Positions 39,891-54,172 are shown, counted from the stretch's first letter. The stretch is DNA of 64,000 nt from the human T2T-CHM13v2.0 reference genome, Homo sapiens (GCF_009914755.1 NC_060927.1); one strand, 5' to 3'. Program-made: numbers and translations. Notes: generated from the letters alone by a model not told the origin.

Positions 39891-42609
39891 CTATAGCCGT
39901 AGAAATTATACATAGACTTATGTATTTTAAAAAACAGGAAGTGATTGGCTAACTACCAACAAAGATTAATTCCAAATAGCAGAATTATGAATGTCATCTT
40001 CTGTTTTGTACTTTTTAGATTTCTTTTCCAACAATTAAAATGATCCGTCCCTGACCAATAAATGTAATTAAAATTCTAAAACACAGAGCCTAGCTAGAGG
40101 TCAGTGAGGGAGAATAATTTGAGCAGAACATCATTGAGGGAGTTTTAGAAGAGGGGGTCAAAAAGATTTGGTGCTTGTTCACAAAAGCCTCTAAATTCAA
40201 GGTTAAGAAGTTTGGACTTCATCTTGTACCCACTGGGAATCATTACTTGTTTCGGAGCTGGAGACCGTCATGGATCAAAAGGATAAATCAATATCCATTC
40301 TTCACCACTACTTCTCAAAGTATATCTTTTCACCATCATTTCCAAATTGATAGAACTCTAAGGGTTTTTAGATGTTGGGTAGAAACTTAAGAGACACATT
40401 CTCTTCTCTCCAGGGGTGTTACTGTGTAAGGAAGGATTTGGACACTTAAGACCTGTAAAAAACACGTGAAGAGCTGCTCTCTTCCTCTCTTCACTCCCCT
40501 TTACACCATAGCATGAACATCCCTAAAAAGCACTTGAAAATGATGCCTTTTCAACTCTAAGTAGCAACATGTTCATCCATTAGCAAGCAAAAGTGTTATT
40601 GCATTTCTTTCATCTCTACAGCCTCCCAGGTCCTGCTTTTCAAAGTAGAAGTGAGTAATAAACCTGTGGTGAAAGGAACAAAACACTTATGAACGGAGTG
40701 ACTAAAAAGAAAAAAAAAAAAAAGTGATTATCCTTCCTAAAAACCCAGGGTGTTGCCGAATTAAGGGACACTGACCAGTAAACAGCCATGAGACAGATTT
40801 AGTAGATTTCCGGAATCTAGCATGTGTGTATAATTTAGTACAAAAGCACATCATGAAGAAAAATAGTCTAGTGGAATGGGTTAAATTTGAAATGTCATCA
40901 ACTAGAAGGAAAGGTCAGCAAACTGTTTTTCAAACCTAAAAAAAAAAAAACCCAGCCTCATCCTTGACTCCCTCTTCTGTGTCTCTTTCAAATTTCGGCT
41001 CACGATAGTTTAACAAAACAACAACAAAAACAACCACAAAAAACAGCAAAACAAAACAAACGGCCCAAAGGGAAATAAATCTAACTGATATAAAATTGAA
41101 AAAACACAAGTGACAAGAGCCAGGGAAGACAGGACGTCATCATTTAGTAAAGCATCCACTAACTGCTTGACCACACTCCAGCAATTTCCATAACTCATGA
41201 TTTTCAATATTCATACTTGTCATTGTTCATTTTTCTTACATCACATGCATTGTGTGCCAGCTACAAGCCCAGCCTGTTCTGTGCACTAGGGGATCAGTAG
41301 AAAACAAAATCCCTGTGATCTGTGCTCACAAAGCTTGCATTCTTGCATTCTAGCAGGCATAAAAGAGAAAAAAGAGAAGTAAATACACAGCATTCTGGCT
41401 AACTCGTTTCAGAGGTGAGGAGACCATATCCCTGAGTAACTTGCTCAAAGTTACTTGCTCAGTAATTTGCCCAAAGTTTCATGAGTAAGCAGCCTAGAAG
41501 TGACCACAATAGGCTACCACAAAGATACTTCCCAGAGGTTACTGTTTTCTACTTCTTTATTATAGAGTATTATCTATACAGGATGAGCCTCTGTCTTTTA
41601 AAAAGAAAATCACATTGTTGGAGGAGCTAATGTGCAGCTTATTTTCTGAACCTGAGTGAAATACAAAATATTGTCACTAGAGGGCAAGTTGACATATGCT
41701 TTATTTATTTTACTGAAAGAAAAGATAGTGCTACATTTTGGGAAACAAAGCCTTTGAATCAGCTTATATTTATTACATGATTCTCATCTTGGTTAAAACT
41801 ACATGCAGAACAGTGACGGGTAAGTAGTACTTTTACAAAGTAGTGTCCAAATTTTAGACATTAAATTACGATGTGTAGCCCCTTTTTACCAAAATCACAG
41901 GTGCATTTGTTCCTCACACTTAATTTTCATGATAAGGACTATCTCGCATTAGGCTTGATAGAAATAGAATTTTTGTCATCCTCCTCCTTGTCTGCCTCGG
42001 GAATGGCCACTGTTCTTTCAAGATTCAGTTCCCTCTCCTCTTCCAAGCCTTTCCTTTCCTGTCTCTTCTTTCCCAGAGGATCTTGCCATCTCTCACTGGC
42101 CATGTGCACTGTGAGCAGGCTTCAATCAGAGCACCATCAAGATTTTCCTAATATCCCCCAGTGAGTGAGCCTCTACCTGGCCTAGGCACTTGTTGCCTGT
42201 TGACTCTTCTCATCTTCACCATCACCTGCAATGGGGAAATTATTACTTCCCCACTGGAGTAAAGAGAAGCCCAGAGTGGCTAAAAGCTGAAGCCAGGGCA
42301 TAGAGCTACTAGCATGACCCTTGGTTACCAGATGTTTTTATTAAACTGTGTGCTCCCTAAGAATAGGGATCATCTTTCTAGGGTCTAGCATTTTGCCTCA
42401 AGAAAAGGGAACCTGCTCTATAAATGTAAGAGTAAACAGATGCTGTAAGACAACTCAAAATCTCTACCTCTCAAAGTTGGGGGAGAAAATGACATGATTT
42501 GTGAGAAGTATCTGGTTGCATGATAGGCATATAGTAGGCATAATAAATTCTTATCATGACATGTTGTTGGTCTTACAATAGATGTCATGTGTTAACATAA
42601 GTTCAAATT

Positions 42610-43110
42610 CAAATTTTCCTCCATGGCACGGCAAGATCTGACGCCTATCTAAATCTCCAACCCTGTCTCTCTTGCCTGACTCCAACTCCCAGGCCACACT
42701 GGCCACTTTCCTGCTCCTCAAAGGTGCCAAGCTGGTTCCTGCCTCAGGGCCTTAGCACTTGCTATTCCCTTGGCCTATGTAACTATTTTCCAGGCCTCCA
42801 TGGACATCACTTCACATCCTTTAAGTCTCATTTCAGCTTTTACCTCCTCAAAGATACCTTTACTGGCTACTCTTAAGTGTTCCTTCACCACTCCTTCCCT
42901 ATCTCAACCTCTTGTTTCCTTCCTTCATCACACTAAGTACAGTCTGTGACCCTTTCATCCATCTGTTTACTTACTTTGTCTCTCATTCCCTCGGCTAGAA
43001 GGTTCATCAGGGTCGGGTCCCTGTCCGCTCACAGGCACCATTACAGGCTCAGCGCCTGGCACACAGCAAGCTAACCACAAAATATTTTGGTTGAAATTAT
43101 GGATGGATGT
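42610..43110 (+). mobile_element. L2 3' end (L2a-like)
   Basis: GGCCACACTGGCC...CCTGCCTCAGGGCCTTAGCACTTGCTATTCCC...GCCTGGCACACAG with (TGGA) tail. Confidence 0.8.
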
Positions 43111-43284
43111 GTGGATAAAGGAACAAAGAATTAGGATAAAATGCTAAAAATCTGAATGCTCAAAAGTAAAAGGGAGCCTGAAGGAAAAAAAACAAATGAG
43201 TTGCTAGGATATGATTGGGAGACACACACAGGCTTTGGAATCAAACACACACTGAGTTTAAGGCTCAGCACTGATACCGTGAGA

Positions 43285-43990
43285 TGCTGGGGCTTCGAAA
43301 ATGATACTCCAGAGTATGGCAGTTTGGCATCCTTTGGCATCCTTTGTTTCCTTTTCTTCAAACCCAGGATCTCCTGTTTGTGCGGAATATGTTGAATTCA
43401 AAGACTGAAAGGGCCTCAAAGATTGAAAGATTGAAAGGGCCTCAGAGCAGTCTCTTTGTGACCTTCTCCTGCTCTCCTTTCTCTACTAAGGTAGGTCATA
43501 GATACTGGAATTTCTCTTCCCCATGGTGAGTCATAGAAACTAGAAATTATACTCTAACCTACCCCTATCTTTCTGTGTAGGAGCTGACCATAAAGAAATT
43601 CTCTGACCCACCTTGTCTGACAGTAGATCCTAAGACCTCATTCCCAGAGGGGCTGTGCTCCATGCTGGAGGGTGAGGAATACTGTGCAGAGAGGTCAAGA
43701 TGAATCTGAACAGATGGGCTTGCTGGGTCCTTTCAGTCTATTACCACTAGAACATTCCATTTTTGTCTAATCACATTTCTACCTGGGTGTCCTTTATACA
43801 CTGAACTTAAGCATAAAAATAGATGGTTTTCACTGAGTCTTGGGGTTTTTAAGACATGCCATGTAAAAACTTTGGTTACATAAATTTGTTACGCTTTTCT
43901 CACGTTAACCTGTTTTCTGTTATAGGAGTGCTGGCCATGACTCTTACGGTAGGTGAGAGAAGGCATCAATCAAACCTTTCCTACCCTACA
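43285..43990 (+). mobile_element. MER39-like ERV1 solo LTR
   Basis: Start TGCTGGGGCTTCGAAAATGATACTCCAGAGTATGGC, internal CATAGAAACTAGAA, end CCCTACA. Confidence 0.8.
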
Positions 43991-46084
43991 AACGTATTCT
44001 GCCATTGTCCATGCACAATCGCACTCTCTCCTGGAAAAAGAAAATATATCTGTTCCCTGGTCCCAAAACTCTGATTAAACAGGCAACAGAGTTCTACGAG
44101 TCAGGAAAAAAGCAGGCTTTCATTCCATCACAATGACATCCACTGACCTCCAGCTTGATGGGTAGATGTGGTAGGGACTCATGCAACCCAGGACTCACCC
44201 TCCGTGCTTCTCTAGCCCTGGCGCCAACTCTGCTAAGGCTCCCCACGCTCTTCACATGGCTTCAGGGCCACAGTGTACACAGTATTCTCTGTACTTCATG
44301 CAAATTAACTCACGTACTGCTTTTAACAACTCTAAGAGATTGGTATTATTATTGTCACCATTGTACACATGAGAGGAATAAGGTACAATCTACAAAATGA
44401 TTTTAAAGTCCTCACTCTTAACCCCTACTCAACACTGTCTCTATTATAACGACAACTACGAATTTCTGAGCACCGATCCTGTGCCTGGCACCATGGTAGC
44501 TGTGCTCATCACTCACCTCCCTGAGGTAACTTATAAGGAGATGCCACTAAACTATCTGATTAGGTTGAAGCAGTGGTCAAAAGCATCTATTTCAAACTGC
44601 TTCGAAAGCCATCAAGTTTCTTACAAATGCCGTCACTGGGAAGACATTTGAAAATATAAAAACAATTACTGGGTTATCTGCCATGGACTACCAAACAATG
44701 TTTAGAGCATACTTTTCTAAATTATCTGCTTCTAGCCTTTCATTTCCATAGAGCTCTGTTACAACTCTAAGTTATAAATAACTAAAAATAATCCCAAAGA
44801 AATTTGTCTATAGATTTACAAATAAATTACATCTGTTAGAGGGTTCAGTTAACTTCAACCCTTTTCCCACTGGGGGAAGAAACAGTCTGGCATCCATTTG
44901 CACATTCATTTCAACCTCCTGTACACTATATCCTTTTGTGCTTCTTAGACTTCTCCTGTGAACCTGTTATAGTATCTTTCTGATTTCCTCATTACTAATG
45001 AGTTAAGTAAAATCTTTAACACGTGTTCATTTTATATCTGTAAGAGACTCATGATTTTACATCTTGGTGTGTGAAAATTATCCTTTAATGCTGCTGATTA
45101 TTACTATGAAAGAATAAAAAAACTCACTTTTTTTGGCTTACTCACTCTGTCAGCACATGAGGCATCAAAGGCTCTGATTTCCCTTTTCATTACATTCAAC
45201 CACCTTTATTATAGTGGATATGAAATGATAGAATGATGCTTTGATTTACTTTCATAGGCAGGTGGCATGCATCATATAATATTGCAGAGTTGTTCCAACT
45301 TAGGTTGGAAAAAAGTGGGTCAACTGCTGAGACCTGTGAGAATGTAGAAACATATTAACTCTAAACAGCTTTGTCCTGCAAACCTGAACAAAAAGAAATT
45401 CAGTGTGACTGTCAGGACAGATGCTCCAGAAACAGTTTTGAGAGTGGGCATCTCAGCGAATCTGTACCGACCAGCTGGAGAAAAAAAGGAAAATACAAAA
45501 ACCTGTGAGAACAAAGACTCCACTTTATACACAGGATGGCCAGATGATATTGAAAACAAATCCTCTAATAAAACACAGCTTGGAATAGAAGAATAAGGTA
45601 AGTGAAACAGACGAGTGTACACTATCAGGAGATACCTGATAAAACCTAGAAAGGGCAAAATTCGCAAGACATGTTCCACAAAAAAACCAACTTGGAAATG
45701 AAACACAGAATTGAAAGCTAAAGTGGTAATAATCTGACCTAGCAAGATGGAACAAATAGGTGGCAGAGAGGAGACGCACTTGGTTGGAAAAAAATATACA
45801 AAGAGATGGAGGGAAGATGATCTATTTTACTTGCAAGGCATATTCAAGCCCAGATCTATTTCGGAAAGGCACTAGAAGAGATACGTAATTCCCAATAGGG
45901 TACAAAAACGAGGCATATGATCAAACAAATACACATTATGGGTCCTTCTACAAGATAATTAGCAAGATAAATGTCAATGTGATTCCATGAAAGGGGAGGA
46001 GGACAGTTCAAGGTTAACAAAAACTAGGCAAGGGTCTTCAGTCTTGGCTGTGTAGTGAAAGCACCTAGGGTGCTTTAGAAGTAC

Positions 46085-46338
46085 CCAGCACTTTGGAAGG
46101 CCAAGGAGGGCAGATCACCTGAGGTCAGGAGTTCAAGACCAGCCTGGCCAACATGGTGAAACTCCGTCTCTACTAAAAATACAAAAAATTAGCCAGATGC
46201 ATTGGCATGTGCCTGTAATCCCAGCTACTCGGGAGGCTGAGGCGGGACAATCTCTTGAACCAGGAGACAGAGGTTGCAGTGAGCCGAGATTGCGCCACTG
46301 CACTCCAGCGTGGGCGACAGAGCAAAAATTCGTCTCGA
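46085..46338 (+). mobile_element. 5'-truncated AluS inside a MER5-type element (~46030-46560)
   Basis: Begins CCCAGCACTTTGG; both flanks resemble MER5. Confidence 0.9.
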
Positions 46339-46443
<105 letters not shown>

Positions 46444-46579
46444 CTGATGCATGCCTGAGTTTCACACTCAGAGATTCTAGTCTAACTGGCCTGGTATACA
46501 CCTGATACTGGGTCTTCTTAAAATAACTCTAGGTAATTCTATTAAGCAGCTGAGACTAGGAGTCAAGATTGCACTAAAG

Positions 46580-46762
46580 CAGTGTTTCTCAAACTTTAGC
46601 TTCCAAGTCAGCTGGAGGGCTTGTTAAACCACAGATGCTTGGCTGAGTCTCCAGAGTTTCTGATTCAGTAGATCTAGGGTAGAATTCGAGAATTTGTATT
46701 TCTAATAAGTTTCCAGAAGATGCTGATGCTGCTGGTCCAGTGATTAACTTCTGAGAACACTG
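46580..46762. mobile_element. MER5A
   Basis: TIRs CAGTGTTTCTCA / TGAGAACACTG; 8-bp TSD CACTAAAG / CACTAAAA. Confidence 0.9.
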
Positions 46763-47762
46763 CACTAAAAAGACGTAACAACCAGATATAATACGTGAAA
46801 TTTGACAAGATACTTATTTTAAAATACACAAACTATAAGATTTTAAAGGACTTATTGGGAAAATCTGAAAAAAAATGGAAGTTAAATATTATGGGATTTT
46901 TAATTTTCATGGGGTAGATGGTAGTATTCAAGCATGGAGAATTATGTCATTTTTTTTAATTGAAATTTGAAGTAGGTAGCAGTGTTTCCTAAATTTTTAA
47001 CTTCAGGACTAGTATTCAGTGAGACTCAATTGGAGAAACACTGCATTGCAACCTAAGTCAGTCCTTCTATTATTCGACTTGAGGATGGTTGCCTTATACT
47101 CACTCCACACAAAGATACTAAATTTCTCAAGTTTGGGGCATGTCTGTAAAGTTCATCTTTTTAATCATAAGCACCTACTACAGAAGCACAATAAATACTT
47201 CATGCTTCTTTTGAATATACCTTATCACCTACCAGAAGTCCCTAAACAGAAGACCTCTGTTATTTAAAATCTTCCATAAATCGTTGAACTCTAAAAACTG
47301 CAGTTAATGTAGAAAACAAATCTGTTTATATTACAGTACAAAGATAACATAATTGAAATGATTTTTTTCTCCTGAAACCTCATATTAAACATTTTCCAAT
47401 TCTGTGTCATTCATGGGAGCATAAAGCTCTCTGGGTTTTCGTAAATCTAGAACAACATCAGTAAGAGAAGCTGTCAAATCCTGGAAGCAACAGACCAAAA
47501 ACTGATCCCCCAAAAATGTGCCCAGGAAAATTCATGCTTTATTACTTGAGGACCCCAAAATCATCTAAGATTGATGTCAACTCTGTATATTTTGTCCATC
47601 CCTGTCAAGTCCTATCAATTCTCCTTTCACTTTCTATTTCCCATCTTTCTGCCTTAGTCTGTAAGTATTTATTAGCGTTTCCTTCCTCTTAAGTAGGCTA
47701 CCTGTCTCCAATCCCCATGCCATCCTTCCAATTCATTTACATACAGAATGATATTTCTAAAC

Positions 47763-48165
47763 CAGTGATTGACAAACTATGGCCTGCAGGCTGAATCCAG
47801 CCTTCTGCCCATGTTTTTTTTTTGTTTTTTTTTTAATTGTGTTGGAACGTAGTCATGTCCATTCATTTACATATTGTCTAATGCTGCTTTCACGCTATAA
47901 CGGCAGGCAGTAACAACAGAAACGATATGATCCACGAATCTGGAAATATTTACTATCTGGACCTTTCCAGAGAAGTTTGCAGATCCCTATTCTAAACTCT
48001 TAGTATTCAAAAGTGTGCTCCACGTACCAGAAACATCAGTAGCATCTGAAAGTTTGCTAGAATTGCAAAATATCAGGCTCCACTTCAGGACTGCTGAATC
48101 CAATTACGTATTTTAATAAAAACCTCAGTAGATTCATGGGGGCATCGAGGTAGCACAAACGTTGC
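47763..48165. mobile_element. Adjacent MER58 (~47763-47989) and MER5A-type (~48001-48165) MITEs
   Basis: CAAACTATGGCCTGCAGG...AGAAGTTTGC; GCTAGAATTGCAAAATATCAGGCTCCAC. Confidence 0.75.
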
Positions 48166-48586
48166 CCTAAAGTACACATCATACCACTCTCCTGTTAAAA
48201 AATCTTTCAGAAATTTATCTTAACAGACATCAGTTCAAAGTGATATGCATATGGGTGTGCCAATTCATTTTATTGTATACCTTACAGACAGATCATCAAT
48301 ATATGAAGGAGCAGGACATCACTCTCCAGGGGCAGCCATGGGAAGGGCTTCAAATCTCTCTAACTAAATTGGCAATAAAGGGTTTGAGAAGTAGCATAGG
48401 GTATGAAAGTTGTAACTTTTGGTGAAATGAGTAGTGCTAGAACACATGAGGCTAGAGAGACTGAATGAGAACTTCTGCCCTCAATGAGCAATGTGTAAGG
48501 ATACGGTGAGCCCAGTAGTTTAACTTTGGAGAAATATCCTAGGTTAGAATAATCTATATGTTCCTATGTCCCTTCTTCTTGCCACG

Positions 48587-48969
48587 TGCTGTCATTTGGA
48601 CATTTGTCTGTCTCAAACCTCATGTTGAAATCTGTTCCCCAGTGTTGAAGATGGGGCCTAATGGGAGGTGTTTGGGTCACATTCCTCATGAATGACATGG
48701 TGCTATCTTCATGGCAATGAGTGAGTGTTCACTCTGTGAGTTCCCACAAGAGCAGGTTGTTAGAAGCCCTGACATCTCCCCTCTCCGTTGCTTTCTCTCT
48801 CACTTTGTGATCTCTGCACTGGCTGACTCCTCTTCATCTTCCGTCAAAGTAGCTGAGGCTTTCACCACATGCCTGATCTTTTCACCAGCAAAATCAAGAG
48901 CCAAATAAACTTCTGTTTTGTTAATTAGCCTCAGATGTTCCTTTATAGCAACACAAATGGACTAAGACA
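48587..48969 (+). mobile_element. MSTB-like MaLR solo LTR
   Basis: AAACCTCATGTTGAAATCTG...GGACTAAGACA. Confidence 0.82.
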
Positions 48970-49353
48970 TCATCAAATTCAACCAAAAGGCCAATTGATC
49001 CAGCTTTGAGAATATTGGTTCATCTGCTTCAATGTGAAACTATCTTGCAAGGTGCTTCACCAAGTGAGTACTTCACGGAGTTTCTAGAAACTGGCTATTG
49101 CTTCTTGAGTCTGTCTTCCTACAACACTTGTACATGTGGCATAGTCTCTTTGGGACTGGTTGTCATTAACCATTCTCTCTGGTAGTTAGGTTGTAAGGAA
49201 AGAGGTAAGCTACTCCTTGCATGTAATTGTTGGGGAAAATTAGATATAATCCCAAAGAACATGACATGCAAGTGGGTGAAGTAAGGTTGAAACAGGAACA
49301 GCCTCCCTTGTGGGATACCACCTAAACACACTAGCTGTATCATGCCACCATCC

Positions 49354-49915
49354 TGTTAAATAATACATTTAAGACAAGGTAAAATCATGAATTTACCAAT
49401 TAAACTGATATAAAATGAAGGCATGTTAAAGATTGTATTTAATCCATTATTAACGAGGTGATTGGGAAGCTGTTACAAGTTCAAAGGAGAAGTCAAAGAA
49501 GCATACATTTATATAGAGCAAGGGAATTTTGAAGTGAATTTACAAATAGATGCAGGGATGGGAAGAGAAGTCAATAGATCTCCCACTGGACAGAACTTAT
49601 TTGCATGCATATAGAAAAGTTTTTGCATTACTATTAATCATCTACAACTTGGAAAATAGCTCAAAAGCAATCAAAGTCTGGAATCATATAACCTGGACAA
49701 TTATACGCATTGTTTCCCTTTGCAGTCACCCAGAACTCTTTTTTGCTTATTCCAAATTTTCTTCATTGTGGAGACTTGTATATCTCCTCAGAGCAGTGTC
49801 AGGGAGCAGGTCGTGGGTCCTCAAGGCCCATAAGCATAGCAGACTCCTATTCTCTCCTCTCTCTGGGAACATCTATCCTCTTAGCTTGCATCTCCCTTGA
49901 TCATACCTAATTTTT
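49354..49915. mobile_element. Probable ancient LTR-class fragment, family not resolved
   Basis: General resemblance to old eutherian LTR consensus only. Confidence 0.3.
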
Positions 49916-50913
49916 TTTGAATTATGTTACTGAAATAATAACATACATTACATGCTCATATGTTCCCTTTGAAACTTTAGGAAAACAAAAGCCCCAAAGA
50001 GAACATACTAGCATGTAATATATGTTATTATGTCAGCAACATAATGTTTAACACAAAAAAATTATTAAAAAGTCCATTAAGAAGAAGGATGACACAGGGA
50101 GAGAAAACAAACTGAAATCCCAGTAAATTACCAAGCCACGCCATGAGATATCCATGGATGAAAAGCAACTGGAAACAGGTTCTCACTAGAATCCACCTAA
50201 TGGCTTTACCCCTTGGTCCCCTTGGTTCCTGTTGACTAATATGATCAATAGCCAGAGAGGGATTTAAGAGGCCTTGCTCAATGGCTCAACATAAATATCT
50301 ATTATGATCTGGCAACACAGAGATAATAACTGAGTCTCTACCATTTCCCATGAACACGAGTCTCACCTTGAATCTGAGCTCTAGTAAAGGTCCAAACTCT
50401 GTGTTCCCTGCTTCATGTCCTACAAATCCCTTCAATAATCAAGTGCCATTATTAAGGAGGGCTGGAGGGTTGCTCACTATCCTGCTTTTCTGATTCCTCC
50501 CCAGATAAACTAAATTCTCCTGATGTAGTTCTGGGGCCCACTGAAGTCTTACTTGATATTTGTCTTACAGTGAGCCTGACCTATGCACACCCTTACTGGC
50601 CCCAATCTTGCTCCCTTCTTGCAAAGCTTCACTTTCTACACAATTCTAAACTTCTTTCAGCCTCCACCATCCTTGTCCATCATGGTGTGCTATTCTCTAT
50701 TCTGGGACCAACAGCCACCCTCCCCTCCCTCGTGCCCCCTCTACCTTGACCACAGCATCTTGATTCCTCGAGGTTAACTCCTCCACAGTTAGCCTTCCCA
50801 TTCTCAGCACTGCTTTTGAGAACTGGCATAAGCCAATGTGAACACAGTTATGATGTCCTTTTTTGGTGGTTAATGCTACCACTGGAAAGCTCACCGTGGA
50901 CCAGTATTAGCTA

Positions 50914-51200
50914 CTACAGAGGAGGAAAAAGAGCTTCCATTCTACCCATTCTAGTTTCATGGCTGAAGCCCCTGTAACAAAAGATAGATTCGTAAGAGAA
51001 AAGCATACACATTTATCTAATACAATTTTTATGTGACACAGGAACCTTCATAAAAAAATAAAGATGTGAAGAAACAGTTAAACCTGAATATCTTATGCTA
51101 GGCTTGATGAAGAATGGATAGAGGGAAGAAACATTGCTAGGAAAAAAAGGTTCTGAAGCAGAAAATTTTCTAGGGAATTGTTCACCATCCACATCTCACC
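50914..51200 (-). mobile_element. ERV1 LTR 3' part (LTR37/MER39 group)
   Basis: TTCATGGCTGAAGCCCCTGTAACAAAAGATAGATT...AAAAGCATACAC...TTTTATGTGACA. Confidence 0.7.
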
Positions 51201-51299
51201 AAGTGTCACCAAGTCCTGCTGAGTTCTACCATCAGAATCCAGACATGAGAAAATTTGCAGATCAAAAAGGAGAGAGATGATGTTTATGGAGCTGCAGCT

Positions 51300-51490
51300 C
51301 TGTGCCACACGCTGTTTAAGAACACCACGTGTACAGCCTATTGAACTCTCACCACAGTCCTGCCAGGCAGATGCTTTTTTCAGATAGGAATTATTTTCCC
51401 CATTTTTCAGATGAGGAAACCAGTGTCAGGAGTTTAAGTAGCTGACTCCAAGTCGCTTAGATAACAGGTGCTAAAACAAGGTTTAAATTT
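51300..51490 (-). mobile_element. MIR
   Basis: CCCCATTTTTCAGATGAGGAAAC. Confidence 0.75.
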
Positions 51491-52359
51491 ATAAACACAA
51501 AAGGACTCAACTGTTTATTTTTCCTGAACTTCATCATAGGTTTGATCTAGAGTAACAAGCAGTAGGAGGTTGCTCCCCAAACCACATGGCTGTGACTCTC
51601 CTTGCATCCTGCCCTTGCCCTGATTCCAAATCCACTCTTATTTTCTGTAGACTCCCTTTCCTTTCACAGAAATCACAGAGGGTTCTGAACCTTCATGAGG
51701 CCACAGATTCAATATCATGCCTGGCTTAATCCTGTTTCAACTGAAAACTCTTGTTTTCCCATCTGCCCTTAATGCTTCTACTGACAGAGTCAGCATTTTA
51801 GCAATTCCAACCAATAATTTGCGCATCAAAAAAGTAACGGCAACTATTTATTGACACAGCAATGTTGTTTTTGAGGACAACAAAATATTCATCAAAAAAG
51901 GTTCATCTGTGGGAGTTTCCTTGAAACATTAATTATTGGTGGTGTTTTTCTCCCTGAAAGTGTGTAATGAGCGTAAACTGTCAATAATTAATTACAGAAG
52001 AAAAAGGCTCAAATACCAGTCTGCAGTCACTTTATAGAGCTGATTTCCCTCCATTAACATGGTACTGGCATTAAAAGAAGTAGTAAAAGATTTATATACT
52101 TAGCCTCTGTTATTGTAGTTAATTCTGTTTAATAATCTGCATCTCTGTGAGGCATTAGAAGACTACTTGCTAAGAAGACTGAATCTTTGGTCTGACTCTA
52201 AGACAGTATGTCTAACTGTAAGAGTTAAGAGCATACTCATTCTACCAACAGAATTTTACTGAGCACTCATTTAGTGAAAAGCACTGCTAGACACTGTGAA
52301 CTCATTTATCTAAATATTTGACGGGTGCCCACTATCTGTCAGACACTGTTATAGGCATC

Positions 52360-53107
52360 TGGTATAGAGAGGTTCTTATGCAAGAAAATATTTGTTTGGC
52401 AATGGCTTTTGTTCCCAATTCCTGGGAAGAAGGTTAAATCCTTGAACTTTCCTAAGTGACAGAAGGATCTTTGTTGTTCATGGTGAGCCTGTCTTTATGC
52501 TAACAAGGTGACTTGCAGTGGGCCTCTAGATAGTTTAAGCTACGGAGATGAATCAGGATGGGAGTGACAGGCAGACTGGGGCTTTGAGCCATGTAATATC
52601 AGTAAACCTGGAGGCTGTAAGGAAGAAAGGGGTTAAAGACTAAGTTGAATCTCACCACCACTGATTGAATTCATCATGCCTACATAAGAAAACCTCAATA
52701 AAATCTCTGGACACTAAAGCTCAAGGGAACTTCCCTAGTTGGCAATATTCTATTGAGTGTTGTCACACATTGATATGAAATGAGGGTGACATGTTCCTGA
52801 TGAAACAGAAGCTTCACATTTGGGATTCTCCCAGACTTTACTCATGTGTCTGTTTTGGCTGGTTCTAATTTGTATCCTTTTGCTGTAACACAACCGTCGT
52901 AGAACGCAGGAAAGTGCTACGGTTACTACAAGCCATTTTAGCAGTGTCAAACCTGAGGGGATAGTGGGAACCCCCAAATTTGGGGTCAGCTGGTCAGAAG
53001 TGAAGTGGCCTGGGGACCCCCAAACTTGCAGCTGGTATCTGAAGGGAGGACAGTTTATGGGGACTATACCCTTAAGCTATGCCCTAAGTTGGGGTAGCGT
53101 CAGGAGT
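52360..53107 (+). mobile_element. MER21/MER77-group LTR nested in an antisense L2 (~52240-53340)
   Basis: TTCCCTAGTTGGCAATA...TGTCACACAT; AAACCTGAGGGG..GTGGGAACCCCCAAATTT; GGTCAGAAGTG. Confidence 0.72.
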
Positions 53108-53678
53108 CGTTGCAGGGGTGAGCAAGAAAAAGCCCTTGACCTCATGAAACTTCTATTCTAGTAGACAAAGAAGGCGAGCATGTAAAGAAATAATAAGAAT
53201 TTCAGCAAGAGAGAAGTGCTTTAAAGCTAAGGCAGGTTAATGGGATGTGAAGTGACGGGGTAGCGAGAAAGGGAAGGTGTGGTCAGGGAAGGCCTTTTAG
53301 ACATGAGTTGAAACTCAAAAGATGAAAGGGATGAAGAAGGATACCTGGGCCCTGCCTTATTTGGATAGCCACCAAACAGGACAATCCCGAAAAAGCAAGT
53401 CAAAATCAGCAACAGAACAATTCTGCTTTCTGAAAGAGCTACTCTTTAAAAGTTGGCCATAAGGTTCATTTTCTGCTACTTGAGCCTCATTTTTTTCCCA
53501 TTGATTTACATCATAAAATCGTGAACAGGGTTTCATGGAAGATCTCTGTGGACAAGGCTGGACATACTTGGAAGAAACTGGAAGTAAGAATGACATTGCA
53601 AAGGAAGCCAGGACACAGAGACTGATGCTCAAGAGGCCCTCTCTTCTCAATTGACACCAGCCCCACTACACTCTGACC

Positions 53679-54172
53679 CAGTGATTCTCACATGCGTGCT
53701 TACGAATCAACCAGTGATCTTATTAAAATGAAGATTCTGATTCAATAGGTCTGAAGCAGGGCCTGAGTGTCTACATTTCTAATAAGCTCCCAGGGGATGC
53801 TGAGACCACTGATCTGAGGACACTTTATTGAGTAATGAAGCTCTAGCCCAGCACTGTGTCACAGAAATCAAACATGAGTCACTAATGCAAACCAAATATG
53901 TAATTTTACATCTTCTGGTAACCATATTTTTTTTAAAAAAAGAAACTATTGAAATATAATAAGTATTTTATTTAACCTAATATATTCAAAATAGTGTCAC
54001 TTCAATATTAACATAAGAAAATTAGTGAGATATTTTGCCATCTTGCTTTGTGCTATATCTACAAAATCTAGCATACATTATATGCATAAAGGTATATCTC
54101 AATTTGAAATACCACATTCAAGTGCTCAGTGGCTATCTATGGCTAGAGGATACCACTTTGGTCAGTGCAGCA
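53679..54172. mobile_element. MER5 (~53679-53840) followed by MER33 (~53849-54172)
   Basis: CAGTGATTCTCA TIR; MER33 motif CCACATTCAAGTGCTCAGTGGCTA. Confidence 0.78.

Noticed and set aside
52972-52985. 14-bp palindrome CCCCAAATTTGGGG
   Set aside because: Short, low-complexity and inside an LTR; compatible with chance.
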